From assembly GCA_016217905.1 (NCBI GenBank), contig JACRFL010000013.1:3184-67183 (forward strand): 64,000 nucleotides of DNA, in the 5' to 3' direction. Positions within the stretch are counted from its first letter, which is position 1. The number at the start of each line of letters is the position of its first letter. Below the pieces are notes generated by a model that worked only from the letters and a program-made list of their open reading frames with translations, was not told the DNA's origin and made no database searches. The position numbers and the translations under genes were made by a program. Source of the stretch: Candidatus Kaiserbacteria bacterium (GTDB taxonomy: Bacteria; Patescibacteriota; Minisyncoccia; Phycocordibacterales; Phycocordibacteraceae). Positions 1 through 10,273 of the stretch are shown here, piece after piece.

Positions 1-524
1 ACGCGAAAAAGATCTTGAGCGAGCTCGCGGGCTCCGGATTCACGATTGCCATTCTCACCGGCGACCGGAAGGAACACGCCGAAACGATGTTCGCCGGCCT
101 GTCGCTCGACATTCGCGCCGACTGCACGCCAGAAGGGAAATACCGTGTCGTCGAGGAAGCGCGGAAGCGCGGAGAGGTCATCGTCATGATCGGCGACGGA
201 CTCAACGACGCGCCCGCGCTCGCGAAAGCGGACATCGGCATCGTCTTCTCCGGCACCGAGAACAGCGCGTCAATCGAAGCGGCCGATGCCGCCATCCTCG
301 GGCACGATCTCCTGCTCATACAGGAGCTTTTCGCGCTCTCGAAACGCTCCGTGAGCATCGCGCGCGAAAGCGTTTACGCCGGCATCGGCCTCTCGACCGT
401 CGGCATGCTCGCCGCCGCGTTCGGTCTCATCGCACCGGTCGGAGGCGCCGTCATCCAAGAAGGCATCGACGTCATAGTCATCGTACACGCCCTGCGCGCG
501 GCATTCCGGCCGCGCGCGGCATAA
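1..524 (+). CDS. C-terminal fragment of a P-type (heavy-metal type) cation-transporting ATPase; 5' end lies outside the window
   Basis: Translation contains the P-type ATPase hinge motif MIGDGLNDAPALAKADIGI followed by two C-terminal hydrophobic helices. The ORF is open to the window edge. Confidence 0.75.
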   Translation, partial: AKKILSELAGSGFTIAILTGDRKEHAETMFAGLSLDIRADCTPEGKYRVVEEARKRGEVIVMIGDGLNDAPALAKADIGIVFSGTENSASIEAADAAILGHDLLLIQELFALSKRSVSIARESVYAGIGLSTVGMLAAAFGLIAPVGGAVIQEGIDVIVIVHALRAAFRPRAA

Positions 525-615
525 GCAAAAAGATGTTCTCGGCGGCGCGCCCTTACCAACATACGAAGGCCGCGCCGCGCCTTGACGCGTCCTGCGAATG
601 CTATTGTAGAAGCAC

Positions 616-1791
616 GTGACGGTTATGAGCGTACTTTTTTGGGTGAATATTATCGCACTTCTCTTTTCCTTCTTCGTCGTTGGAGCTGTTCTCGGCGCGC
701 TCTTCTCCAAGCCGATACGCGATAAGCTCGCCGGCCTCTTGCGCCTCAAGGAGCTTCGACGCTTCCTTCTTCTCGACCGGTCTCTCCGCAATCCAATCCT
801 CAAGCCCGGGACGCACCCGTGGACGGCCGAGGCGGTCATGAATCCGGCAGCGGCCATCCTCGACGGTCGCACATATCTCATATATCGCGCTATCGGCATA
901 GACGGCGTCTCGCGGCTCGGTCACGCGAGCAGTCCAGATGGCATCGCCTTCGACCGGCGCCTTCCCTATCCGGTCTACGTCGCGAGGAATCCGCACAATC
1001 CCGCGACGCATCTGCGACGCTATTCTCCCGTTTTGTATCCCTCGGGCGGCAGCTGGGGCGGGTGCGAAGACCCGCGCATGGTGGTCATTGAGGGGCGCGT
1101 GTACGTTACATTCAATATGTTCGAGAATTGGAAACTCCGCGTTGCGGCCATAGAAATGGACGTGGATGACTTTCTCGCCGAGCGCTTTACCGCCTGGGAG
1201 GGGCCGACCATACTCTCGCATAGCGACCGGGACAAGAACTGGGTGCTCTTCCCCGAGAAGATCGGCGGGCAGTTCGCCGTCCTTCACAGCATCATCGGCG
1301 ACGATGAATATCACGTACGCATCGAATACGTTGACGACCTCGCAACCCTGGCCACGCGGAAGTTCGCGAGCCCCGACCCGCAGAGGGTCCCCGATACGCC
1401 CGTTGCGTGGCACGTCCACACGCGAAGCGCCGGACCGCCGCCCCTCAAGACCGAGAGGGGGTGGCTCGTCCTCTATCACGCCAACGACGCGAAAGAGGGA
1501 CACCGCTATAAGCTCGGCTCGATGCTCTTAGACCTCACTGAACCGACCAGGGTGCTCTATCGCTCTGCGGCGCCCATTCTCTCTCCGGATGAGCCGTACG
1601 AGAACCACGGCAAGCCCGGCATCGTCTACGCCTGCGGCGCGACCGTCCAGGGCGGAAAACTCTTTGTATACTATGGCGGGGCGGACAAGGTCATCTGCGT
1701 CGCGACCGCGCCGCTTGACGCCTTTCTTGACGCGCTCGTCGCGGGCAGCCAGCCCTCGCTCGCAGCGATGACGCCTGCGCGAACTATATAA
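616..1791 (+). CDS. Membrane-anchored GH130-family glycoside phosphorylase/hydrolase (start GTG 616 or ATG 625)
   Basis: N-terminal TM helix. GH130 hallmarks present: NPAAAILDGRTYLIYRAIG, GCEDPRMVVIEG, LFPEKIGGQFAVLHS, C-terminal VYYGGADKVICVATA. Confidence 0.75.
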   Translation: MTVMSVLFWVNIIALLFSFFVVGAVLGALFSKPIRDKLAGLLRLKELRRFLLLDRSLRNPILKPGTHPWTAEAVMNPAAAILDGRTYLIYRAIGIDGVSRLGHASSPDGIAFDRRLPYPVYVARNPHNPATHLRRYSPVLYPSGGSWGGCEDPRMVVIEGRVYVTFNMFENWKLRVAAIEMDVDDFLAERFTAWEGPTILSHSDRDKNWVLFPEKIGGQFAVLHSIIGDDEYHVRIEYVDDLATLATRKFASPDPQRVPDTPVAWHVHTRSAGPPPLKTERGWLVLYHANDAKEGHRYKLGSMLLDLTEPTRVLYRSAAPILSPDEPYENHGKPGIVYACGATVQGGKLFVYYGGADKVICVATAPLDAFLDALVAGSQPSLAAMTPARTI

Positions 1792-1793
1792 CC

Positions 1794-3710
1794 ATGTTCG
1801 TCATCCGCCGAGAGCCGCATAACCCGATCCTCGCGCCGCAGCGCGAGCGCCCGTGGGAGGCGCGCGCCACCTATAACCCTTCCGCCGTGCGTACCGAGGA
1901 TGGCGTACGCCTTTTCTATCGCGCATTCGGGGATCCGGACGCTCTCCAGACGCCCATGGCGGGGCTCTCGACTATCGGCACCGCCTTTGCCGAAGACGGC
2001 GTCCATTTCCATTCACGACAGCAGGTCATCGCTCCTGAGGAGCAGTGGGACATATTCGGCTGCGAGGATCCGCGCGTCACGTTCTTTGAGGGACGCTGGT
2101 ACTGCTTTTATACCGCGCTCGGCGGCTACCCTTTCGGCCCCGACAACATCAAGATCGCGGTCGCTATCGGGGATACGCCCGACAACTTTACCGAACGGCA
2201 CCTCATTACTCCCTTTAATGCAAAAGCGGCGACCCTGTTCCCCGAACGCATCGATGGCGATATCGTGTTACTCCTCACCGCGCACACCGATTGGACGAGC
2301 GAGCACCCGCGGCCGACGATCGCCCTTGCGCGCGCGAAACGGATGGAAGATTTCTTTGATCCAGACTATTGGAATCGGTGGCACGCAATACTCGCCGATC
2401 ATGCACTTCCTGAAATGCGCCGCGGTGATGATGATCATGTTGAAGTCGGCGCTTCTCCCCTTCTCACGCCGCACGGCTGGCTGCTCATCTACTCGTATAT
2501 CCAAAATTACTACGACGAACGCAAACGCATCTTTTCGATCGAAGCGGCGCTCCTCGATCGCGACGATCCACAAAAACTCATTTCGCGTACCGAATCAATA
2601 CTCGTGCCGCAGGAATTTTATGAAGCGTATGGCCTCGTGCCGAACATTGTCTTCCCCACAAGCGCGACGGTCGGTGAAGGCGGCCTCCTCGATATCTGGT
2701 ACGGCGCGGCCGACACCGTCTGCGCGAAGGCGAGCGTGAAGCTTCACGATCTCATGCGCGCGCTTGACCCCGATCGGCCGGCGCGCACTTTCATCCGCGC
2801 GCCGCAGAACCCTATTCTCACGGCGAGGGGAAAAGGCTTTGAAAGCAGAGATGTGTTTAATGCCGCCGCCATCGACCTTAACGGCTCGGTCTACATTCTC
2901 TATCGCGCTATGGATCAGGCGGACACCTCGACCATCGGACTCGCCGTCTCGTCTGACGGCATCGCCATTGACGAACGCTTATCCGAGCCGATATACGTGC
3001 CGCGCGCTGATTTCGAAGCGAAGCGCGGAAATCCTGCGGGCAATTCCGGCTGCGAGGATCCGCGCATCGTGCGCATCGGCGACATGCTCCACATGACTTA
3101 CACCGCCTACGATGGCGTCCACTCGCCCGCCGGCGCGATCTCGTAGATAAGCGTGAGTGACTTTCTTGCACGCCGATGGCAAATGTGGAGCGCGCCGTTT
3201 TTGCTGACGCCCGACAATGTCGACGACAAAGACCTTGCGCTCCTGCCTGAAAAAATCGGCGCAAACTATCTTCTCTATCATCGCGTGAACAATCAAATCT
3301 GCGCCGATCTCCTACCCGACCTCGCCTCGGGCAAGCGGGTGAGCCGCTGTATCGAGGTGATTGGCCCCAGGCGCGGCATGTGGGACGGAGAGAAGGTCGG
3401 CAGTGCAGCCCCTCCCCTCAAGATCGGAGACAAATGGTTGATGATCTATCACGGCGTCTCGCGCCACGCCACCTACCGTCTCGGTGCCGCGCTGCTTGGA
3501 GCGAATGGTACGACGGTTCTTGCGCGCACCGCCGATCCGATCTTCGAACCGCTTGAAGACTATGAAAAGAGGGGCGAGATTGCGAACGTCGTCTTCTCCT
3601 GCGGCGCTGTCGTTCGCGACGATATGCTCTTTCTCTACTACGGCGCCGCCGACAAGGTCATCGGCGTCGCGACCGCGTCGCTCGCGCACATTCTCGATGC
3701 GCTTTCATAA
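1794..3710 (+). CDS. Tandem double-GH130-domain protein interrupted by an in-frame TAG at 3144-3146 (ORFs 1794-3146 and 3153-3710 are one reading frame)
   Basis: Domain A (1794 to about 2760) is a complete GH130 unit (GCEDPRVTFFEG ... IWYGAADTVCAKAS). Domain B starts near 2780 (NPILTARG ... GCEDPRIVRIG ... TYTAY) and continues in the same frame after the TAG (LLPEKIGANYLLYHR ... LFLYYGAADKVIGVATA). The TAG falls in a variable position when aligned to the upstream paralog. Confidence 0.6.
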
Positions 3711-4453
3711 TGCCACCACTCGTCATTTTCGACCTTGACGGCACGCTCGCGGAAAGCAAGCAACCGATCACGAGCGAGATGGGGATGCTCGTTGCGAAAT
3801 TGCTCGACGTGACGCAGGTCGCGGTCGTCTCTGGCGGCGCGCTTTCCCAATTTTTGAAGCAGGTGGTGGCGAAGCTCCCTCCGGATGCGCGCCTTGAACA
3901 TTTATATCTTCTCCCGACATCTGGCGCCGCGCTCTACGAGTGGCGAGGCGACGCGTGGAGCAAAATATACGAGGAGCGTCTCTCCGAAACGGAAAAAGAA
4001 ACCATCGAGACAGCGATACGTGCGGCGGCGAAGGAGACCGGATGTATCGACTTCTCGAAAAGTGCGTGGGGCGAGCGCATCGAATATCGCGGCGGGCAGG
4101 TGACGCTCTCCGCGCTCGGCCAGCAGGCGCCGCTCGACGAGAAAAAGGCCTGGGACCCCGACCACTCGAAACGTCATGCACTCCACGCCGTGCTGAAAGA
4201 ACGGCTGCCTAACTTTTCGGTGGGCATCGGCGGCGCCACGAGCATCGACATCACAAAACGCGGCGTCGATAAGGCATACGGCATTCGAAAACTCTGCGAA
4301 CGTCTCGGTATTCCGGAATCCGAGGTGCTCTATATCGGCGACGAGCTTGCCTCCGGCGGCAATGACGAGGCGGTCTACAAAACGAACGTGCGTGCGGAAA
4401 ACGTCGGCGGCCCGTCCGATACCGAACGCCTTATCAAAAGCATGGTGAAATAA
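3710..4453 (+). CDS. Eukaryotic-type phosphomannomutase (PMM/Sec53 family, HAD-IIB)
   Basis: FDLDGTL nucleophile motif at the N-terminus. PMM-like blocks IEYRGGQVTLSALGQ, SVGIGGATSIDITKRGVDKAYGI, YIGDELASGGNDEAVY. The start overlaps the GH130 stop (TAATG). Confidence 0.7.
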   Translation: MPPLVIFDLDGTLAESKQPITSEMGMLVAKLLDVTQVAVVSGGALSQFLKQVVAKLPPDARLEHLYLLPTSGAALYEWRGDAWSKIYEERLSETEKETIETAIRAAAKETGCIDFSKSAWGERIEYRGGQVTLSALGQQAPLDEKKAWDPDHSKRHALHAVLKERLPNFSVGIGGATSIDITKRGVDKAYGIRKLCERLGIPESEVLYIGDELASGGNDEAVYKTNVRAENVGGPSDTERLIKSMVK

Positions 4454-4484
4454 TAAATCGATTCGCTTCGCCGCGCGCCGGACA

Positions 4485-6152
4485 CTATTGCGAGCGCATG
4501 AGCCGCACGAGGCGGATGGTTTCGAAGGAGTGGCGGCCGCCAAGAGCGTGGAAAACGGGCGAGAGGCGGTCGCCGCCCTCCGCAAAAAGCGTTTCGTGAA
4601 TCTCCTCAAGCGCGCCCTCCGACACGAGGTGAGCGAAATCCGCGCGCACGAGACGGCCGAGCTCGGCGAGCTCTTCGAGGTGCTTTACAATAGTCGAAGC
4701 GACGAGTCCGCGCGCTTTCGCCGCATCCTTCAGATTTTTTGCATCTCGCACTGCCTGCAGGGTTTCCGCCAATCTTCCCGGCAACCCTGTTTGGTTTTTG
4801 CTTACACCTTTCCCCTTGCCGCTTACGTCTTCAACCGACGCCCCTCCCATCGCTTTGACAAACTTTTTCTGCAGTGCGAGTTTTTCCATCTCGGGCATGT
4901 CTGCGAATGCGTCCCGCGCCGCCTCTGAGGCGGCGCGAAAATCCCTGTCTTTCTCAAGTATTTCCGGATGCACTTCAAGCGCGCGCTCGTTGAGTCCGGT
5001 GAGGTACACCCCCGCAAGCCGCCGCACCCGGGAAAGCGCGACGTACCCCTGTCCGTATTCAAATGCCCTCGAGAGATCCATGATGGCAGCGTCCATGCTC
5101 ATCCCCTGGCTCTTGTGGACCGTCATTGCATAGGAAAGACGCAGCGGTATCTGCGAGATGCTCGCCTTCACCTTCCCCTGCTCTTCGAGTTGCCATTCCA
5201 TCGGCTCGGTGGTGATCTTCACGCCATCTTTCGTCTTTACGATCGGCATCCCGTCCGTATCCCAGCCGGTCACGACGCCGAGAGTCCCGTTGACAAACTT
5301 CCCCTGCGGCGAGTTCTTGGTGAACATTACTGCCGCTCCCTCTTTCAATTCCAACACTTCGGGCGAGAGGCATCCGCGCTTGAGCCCATCCACAAGCGAA
5401 TCCTTCCCCTTCGAGCTCATGCGGAATTTCTTCGCCGTGCCCGGGAGCTTTGCGAGCTCCTCCGCATTGATGCGATCCACGTCCGCGTTATGCGAGAAGA
5501 GCTTCGGCGCGTTCGCGGGAACCGCCGAAGGGTCGGTGTGGTGCCGCATCAACTCCTCGTAGTGCGCCTCCTCGACCTCTCCCGAGCGTATCGCGGAGAG
5601 TACGCCGAGGAATTCGGTGTCGTCTTGCCGGTATTGCTCGGTGAGATAGCAGACGATCGGGTTGAGCTCGCGCCAGAGCTTCGACGCGAACGCGAACGCG
5701 ACTTCGCGGCCTCTTGAGACCGGCGGAAGCTGGAAGAAATCTCCGACGAGAATGGCCGTGAGACCGCCGAATGGCTTGTCCGTGCGTCGCACTTCTCGAC
5801 AGACCGTATCCGCCATCTCAAATGTCGAAGAAGAGAGCATTGAGATCTCCTCGATGATGAGCATCTTTGCTTTCTGGATGCGCCGCGCGACATGCTCTTT
5901 ACTGGCGATGCGGTCGACATCCGCGCGCGAGAGCGACTCCGCGACGCCGATGCCGCTCCAGGAGTGGAGCGTCATGCCCGCGACATGCGTCGCGGCGATG
6001 CCGGTCGCGGCGGTTACCGACGGATCGATACCCGAGGCGCGCAGCCATGCGATGAACTCGTTTATCGTGTGCGTCTTCCCGCTCCCGGGGCTCCCGGTGA
6101 GGTACACGTTCGCGCCGGTCTTCAGTATCGTGAGCGCTTCAGCTTGAGTCAT
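4485..6152 (-). CDS. PIF1/RecD-family ATP-dependent DNA helicase
   Basis: Walker A GSPGSGKTHTI, PIF1/AAA_30-like core, UvrD_C_2-like C-terminal part with helix-hairpin-helix tail. Confidence 0.75.
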   Translation of the reverse strand: MTQAEALTILKTGANVYLTGSPGSGKTHTINEFIAWLRASGIDPSVTAATGIAATHVAGMTLHSWSGIGVAESLSRADVDRIASKEHVARRIQKAKMLIIEEISMLSSSTFEMADTVCREVRRTDKPFGGLTAILVGDFFQLPPVSRGREVAFAFASKLWRELNPIVCYLTEQYRQDDTEFLGVLSAIRSGEVEEAHYEELMRHHTDPSAVPANAPKLFSHNADVDRINAEELAKLPGTAKKFRMSSKGKDSLVDGLKRGCLSPEVLELKEGAAVMFTKNSPQGKFVNGTLGVVTGWDTDGMPIVKTKDGVKITTEPMEWQLEEQGKVKASISQIPLRLSYAMTVHKSQGMSMDAAIMDLSRAFEYGQGYVALSRVRRLAGVYLTGLNERALEVHPEILEKDRDFRAASEAARDAFADMPEMEKLALQKKFVKAMGGASVEDVSGKGKGVSKNQTGLPGRLAETLQAVRDAKNLKDAAKARGLVASTIVKHLEELAELGRLVRADFAHLVSEGALEEIHETLFAEGGDRLSPVFHALGGRHSFETIRLVRLMRSQ

Positions 6153-6181
6153 CCGAATACTCTACCAGATGCGCGCGGATT

Positions 6182-6721
6182 TCAACGAATGCCGGTGTCG
6201 CAGGAAATGTTTGCTGCGACGTACCCGGTCGGAGGGACGGAGACATCGACTGGCAAACAGCGCGGGAGCGCCTTACCGCCTGACGGGGCCAGCGTGTAGG
6301 AACCGGGAGGAAGCGAAAAGTTGAACGTGCCGCTTGCATCCGAATTCCCGATGATAAACGGCAATTCCGAACCGGCGCGGTACACCGTTATTGCCGCCGC
6401 GTACGGCTTGTCGGCGCACGTATGGTCGGGCGGTATACGAGCGACCGGGCAGGTCGGCCCGAGCATAACCGTCCCGCGTACGCCGGAATTGTAGGGTAAG
6501 ATACCGACTCCGCCCGTGGTGCTTGCGGCGTCTGCCGTGGGACACGGGGCGAATTCACAGTTGGGGCCGGTGCGGCCTACCGAGGAGCCGTCGGGGCAAA
6601 TTTTGGCCTCCTGTGTGCATGCCCGCGGGCCGGGCGCATTCGCCACGCGCGCACCGATTGCCCAAAGAGCAAGAAGAACCGCTATCGCGACGATGCCAAT
6701 AACGAGCGCATACTTCCTCAT
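6182..6721 (-). CDS. Secreted Cys-containing hypothetical protein
   Basis: N-terminal signal/TM segment (MRKYALVIGIVAIAVLLALWAIGA) followed by a Cys/Pro/Gly-rich mature part. No recognisable family. Confidence 0.5.
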   Translation of the reverse strand: MRKYALVIGIVAIAVLLALWAIGARVANAPGPRACTQEAKICPDGSSVGRTGPNCEFAPCPTADAASTTGGVGILPYNSGVRGTVMLGPTCPVARIPPDHTCADKPYAAAITVYRAGSELPFIIGNSDASGTFNFSLPPGSYTLAPSGGKALPRCLPVDVSVPPTGYVAANISCDTGIR

Positions 6722-7045
6722 ACCCTAAGCATAGCAGGTTATTTCTGTACCTGGTGTTCAGAACAAAATACATTGACATTGATAGCTCGACGTGTTTGAA
6801 TGTGCCTAACGTCGTTTGTTCATTTTCATTTTGCAGCAGGTTACGACGTTTCCTGCGGGCAAAGGAGAAAGCCATGGAATCAAGCACACATGCAAGACTC
6901 ATCGTACCGCAGGTATACCGACCACGTGCGGGTGAGCGAGATCTTCACCTGACGACCGTTGCAGTTACATAGGGCTGCCCTATGTATTTTCTATGTATTT
7001 CAAATTGTGCATGCTCTCATTTCCCGATTTTTGATGTCCTAGTTT

Positions 7046-7477
7046 CTACCAAGTTTCTTTTGTCCTAAGATACGTCCGCACGATTTTGACTAGAGAAACG
7101 ATGACGAGAATGATGTAGAGGATGCCGATGACAAGAGCATCGAACGCGCCCGATACTGCGCCGCTGATGCCTATGCCCCCGCCGCCGCCCGCGTTTTGTA
7201 AAAAGAGCGTCACCGCGATAATCACCGGCACCCACCACCGTGCGAATCTCCACCACGCCTGGAAGACTTCGTCTTTCAGGCGATACGTGATGAGGGAGAA
7301 AATGAGAATTGGCACTAAAGGGAACACCGAGACAGCAACAATTTCGTAAGAATCATTGCAAAAAAACCAATTTTTCTGATAACAAGACAGGATTTGGTTC
7401 AAGATAGCCGGAAGAAATAACAAAATGCTTCCAACTATTCCCAGAAACAATACATTCTTTTTTGTATTCATAATCAA
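7046..7477 (-). CDS. Small integral membrane protein (hypothetical), in low-GC island
   Basis: Four predicted TM helices and a Gly run (GGGGGIGISG). Local GC is visibly lower than surrounding genes. Confidence 0.5.
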   Translation of the reverse strand: MIMNTKKNVLFLGIVGSILLFLPAILNQILSCYQKNWFFCNDSYEIVAVSVFPLVPILIFSLITYRLKDEVFQAWWRFARWWVPVIIAVTLFLQNAGGGGGIGISGAVSGAFDALVIGILYIILVIVSLVKIVRTYLRTKETW

Positions 7478-7482
7478 AAAAA

Positions 7483-10224
7483 TTAATAATTCACCTCGAT
7501 CTTCCCCTTATTAGTCGTAAGATCGATGACAGCTAATCCCGGTAAGATTTTCTTGATCTCTCTTTCACTCTTATCTTCTTCGCTCTTTACCTCTTCCTCA
7601 ATCCTTGTCACGTTCTTCTTCGCATCGTAATGACCCTCGATCTTCAGAGTGCCCACTGTTGTTTTTTCTTCAAGCTCTTTAATGGCTTCGGTTTTGTCTG
7701 TGGACCACTCATATTTTAACATCGTCTTAGGGAGCAGTTCCGCAGATATGCCGCTGTATCGGAGCTCTTGGATTTCCAATTTGAGTTCGTGTTTTCCTTG
7801 ATTGAGTTTCTTGAAGACGATCTGCAGTGTGTTGCCGGCTTCGTCGGCAATGGTGGTGCTCGTGGCTGTTGTTAGGACAGTGGTACTGGAGAGATTATCA
7901 GTCCCGATAATCTTAAATTTTTGCGATGCCGGATCGAAAGTCAGGACTGCTTCCGGCGGTGTGATGTCGAACACAATCGTCTTTCCGATTTCCGACTTGA
8001 ACGAGAAGTCGGTCGTGCCATTCCCATCATAGTCGAGAAGAAGAGGTGAGGCGTTTTGGAGGGTGCCGTCGATAAATGTCATAGTCGCTTTGGTGCTTGT
8101 TGCAGACGGGATGGCGGAGAGGGTGCTTGAGGCGATAATGGTATTGCTCCCGTCTATTTCTTGCATATCAAGCGTGAATGAGCCTGTGGCGTAGCCGTCA
8201 AGGTTGAGGGTGAGAGGAGTGTTCTTGGGAACGGTGATCACTTGAACTTCGCCGTAGCGCTTAAAGCGGCCGCCGGGGATGGTGGAAGTGGCAGCATTAA
8301 CGACGTTGCCGAGGTTATCGGTGGCAGAGAGATTGAGAGGCGAGTGGAGAAGGAAGCGGAGACGTTTGTCGGCAACTGCGTCGGTGGCAGGTTGGGTGGT
8401 GAAAATAAATGCCAGTGGTGTTGTTGAGGTGGAATTGGTGAGAATGTTTTGAACCAGCGTGCGGAGTTCGGGGATTTCGAGGATGTCGGCGTGCTTGCGC
8501 GGGACATTTCCATTAAGCCACCATTTATTATAATCCTCCAAATTCACCCAGTACTTCCCCGCTGTCGAAGCAGTCGTTGTCCACAGTGCGCTCGGAACGA
8601 GTACCGTGCCATCTCCTTCCACAACCTCTTTGGGGCTGTAGGTGATTGCCGGAGAGACGGTGCAGGTGCGCACATCTGACATATCACTGCAATACGTTTT
8701 CCTCCCTTCCTGGTATTCAATCGTCGCAAGGGTATCCTCTCCCCACCCGGCGATTTCGTAGAGCTGCACTCCCTGCGGAGGCGCCCACGTATCAAGAGCA
8801 TTATGAACCGCTTCCGCTTTGGAAAGAAGTACCGCATTCCCTACACTCGGGTAGATGAGGTCGCTTGGTGATGATGAAGCGAGACGTCACGCGTCGGCAA
8901 TGAAGTTTTTAAGTTGCGCTCCGTCATGAATCGTACTGCCATAACGCGCGCGGAATGCGGCGAGAAAATCTGAATCATCAAACTTCACGACCGGATTATC
9001 GACATAGGTGAAATAGTTTGCCGACGGGAGAAGGTTGTACGCACTTGGCATATTTGCTGTAAGCGTGCGAGCGGTTTCGGGAGAAAGGAAAACAGAAAGC
9101 CAATCCTTGGGCAATCCCTGTTCGTATCCGTGAAGAATCGCGCTAATCGCTTGCGGCGTTCCCGCCTGCGGCACGGCAATAAAAATGATCTTGTCGATGA
9201 GTTTGGCGGCTTCCGTATCGACGAGCTTCTGGATAAGCGCTTTGGTCATGAGTCCGCCGTTACTGTGCGCGACGATGGTCACCTTGCCCGTCTTCGAGCT
9301 TTTAGCCAGTCGGCGGAGCTCTTGACTGATATAGGGCGACGAAGTCGCCCTAAGGTCGCCGGAATAGTAGATGCGGCCGTCGGGAATGGGAACGGGCACC
9401 ACCAGACTCGTGGTAACGACGTGCCCGGATCCATCGTAGGCGGTGATGGTAATTTTAATTGAGGCGGCGATACTGAGAGCGTTCGACGGACTGTCGTTAA
9501 GAATAAATGGCACACGAGTGAATGAGCCATCGACCGAGGAAGCGATCGCTGTTGTGAGCAAATTTTTGCCATAGTCAATTCCACCGCTGGAACCAAAAAT
9601 CGGATTCCCTAGTGCGTCCCATAACGTTTCCCTGATCTGATATATGGTTAAAACGCTACCGGTGCCGTCCGATAACCCGCTCAAATACATAACGTCGCCT
9701 TTTTGGGGCGGCACGACTGAGAATGAAATGTCAGTGAGCGAAATCGTCGGCGGAACGTTGTCGATTATTATCTTCGTGCTACCCGTGGCAACATTCCCCA
9801 CCGCGTCAGTGGCTATCACCGAGATGGTCTTAAGACCATCGGGAACATCCGCACCGATAGTTAGCGGCCAGAATTTAAAAAAATAATCCGGGTAATAATC
9901 GGCACCATTGATATAAAAATGATACGGATTATTTCCCCCCGATAAAGGCGTAGTGGTCGGGCTTAAGAAACCTATCTGTGAAAGATCGGCTGAGATGGTC
10001 GGTACCCCTTGCCAGCTTTGCACGTTAATTGTAATCTGCTGGTTCGCGTCACCCGCTTTAAGTGTGGTTTGATACATTCCGTATCCCAAAGTCGAAATCA
10101 TCGGCAGGTCTCCAATTCTGACTTGAGCCACGTACAGTGGTGAACTCGCCTGAACTAAGGACGGAAAAATAAAAAACACGAGCGAAAAGAAAAACGGCCA
10201 AAAAACTTGTGCACGGGTGTGCAT
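7483..10224 (-). CDS. Giant secreted alpha/beta-hydrolase (lipase/PGAP1-like) domain protein; ORFs 8887-10224 and 7483-8769 are joined in frame across a TGA at 8887-8889
   Basis: N-terminal signal peptide (MHTRAQVFWPFFFSLVFFIFPSLVQASS). Lipase-type nucleophile elbow VTIVAHSNGGLMTKAL. The frame is continuous from the TGA to the downstream ORF (…FIADA*RLASSSPSDLIYPSVGNAVLL…GVQLYEIAGW…) with no independent ATG or RBS for the second ORF. Atypically low GC. Confidence 0.55.
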
Positions 10225-10273
10225 CGTATCTAATGTAGCACCAATACTCGTGGAACGAGTATACTATGCACAT

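Noticed and set aside
6722-7045. AT-rich 320-nt non-coding stretch inspected for tRNA, SRP RNA, tmRNA or 6S-like features
   Set aside because: No cloverleaf-compatible acceptor/anticodon arrangement or conserved ncRNA motifs could be recognised by eye. It is left as untranslated island-boundary or promoter DNA.
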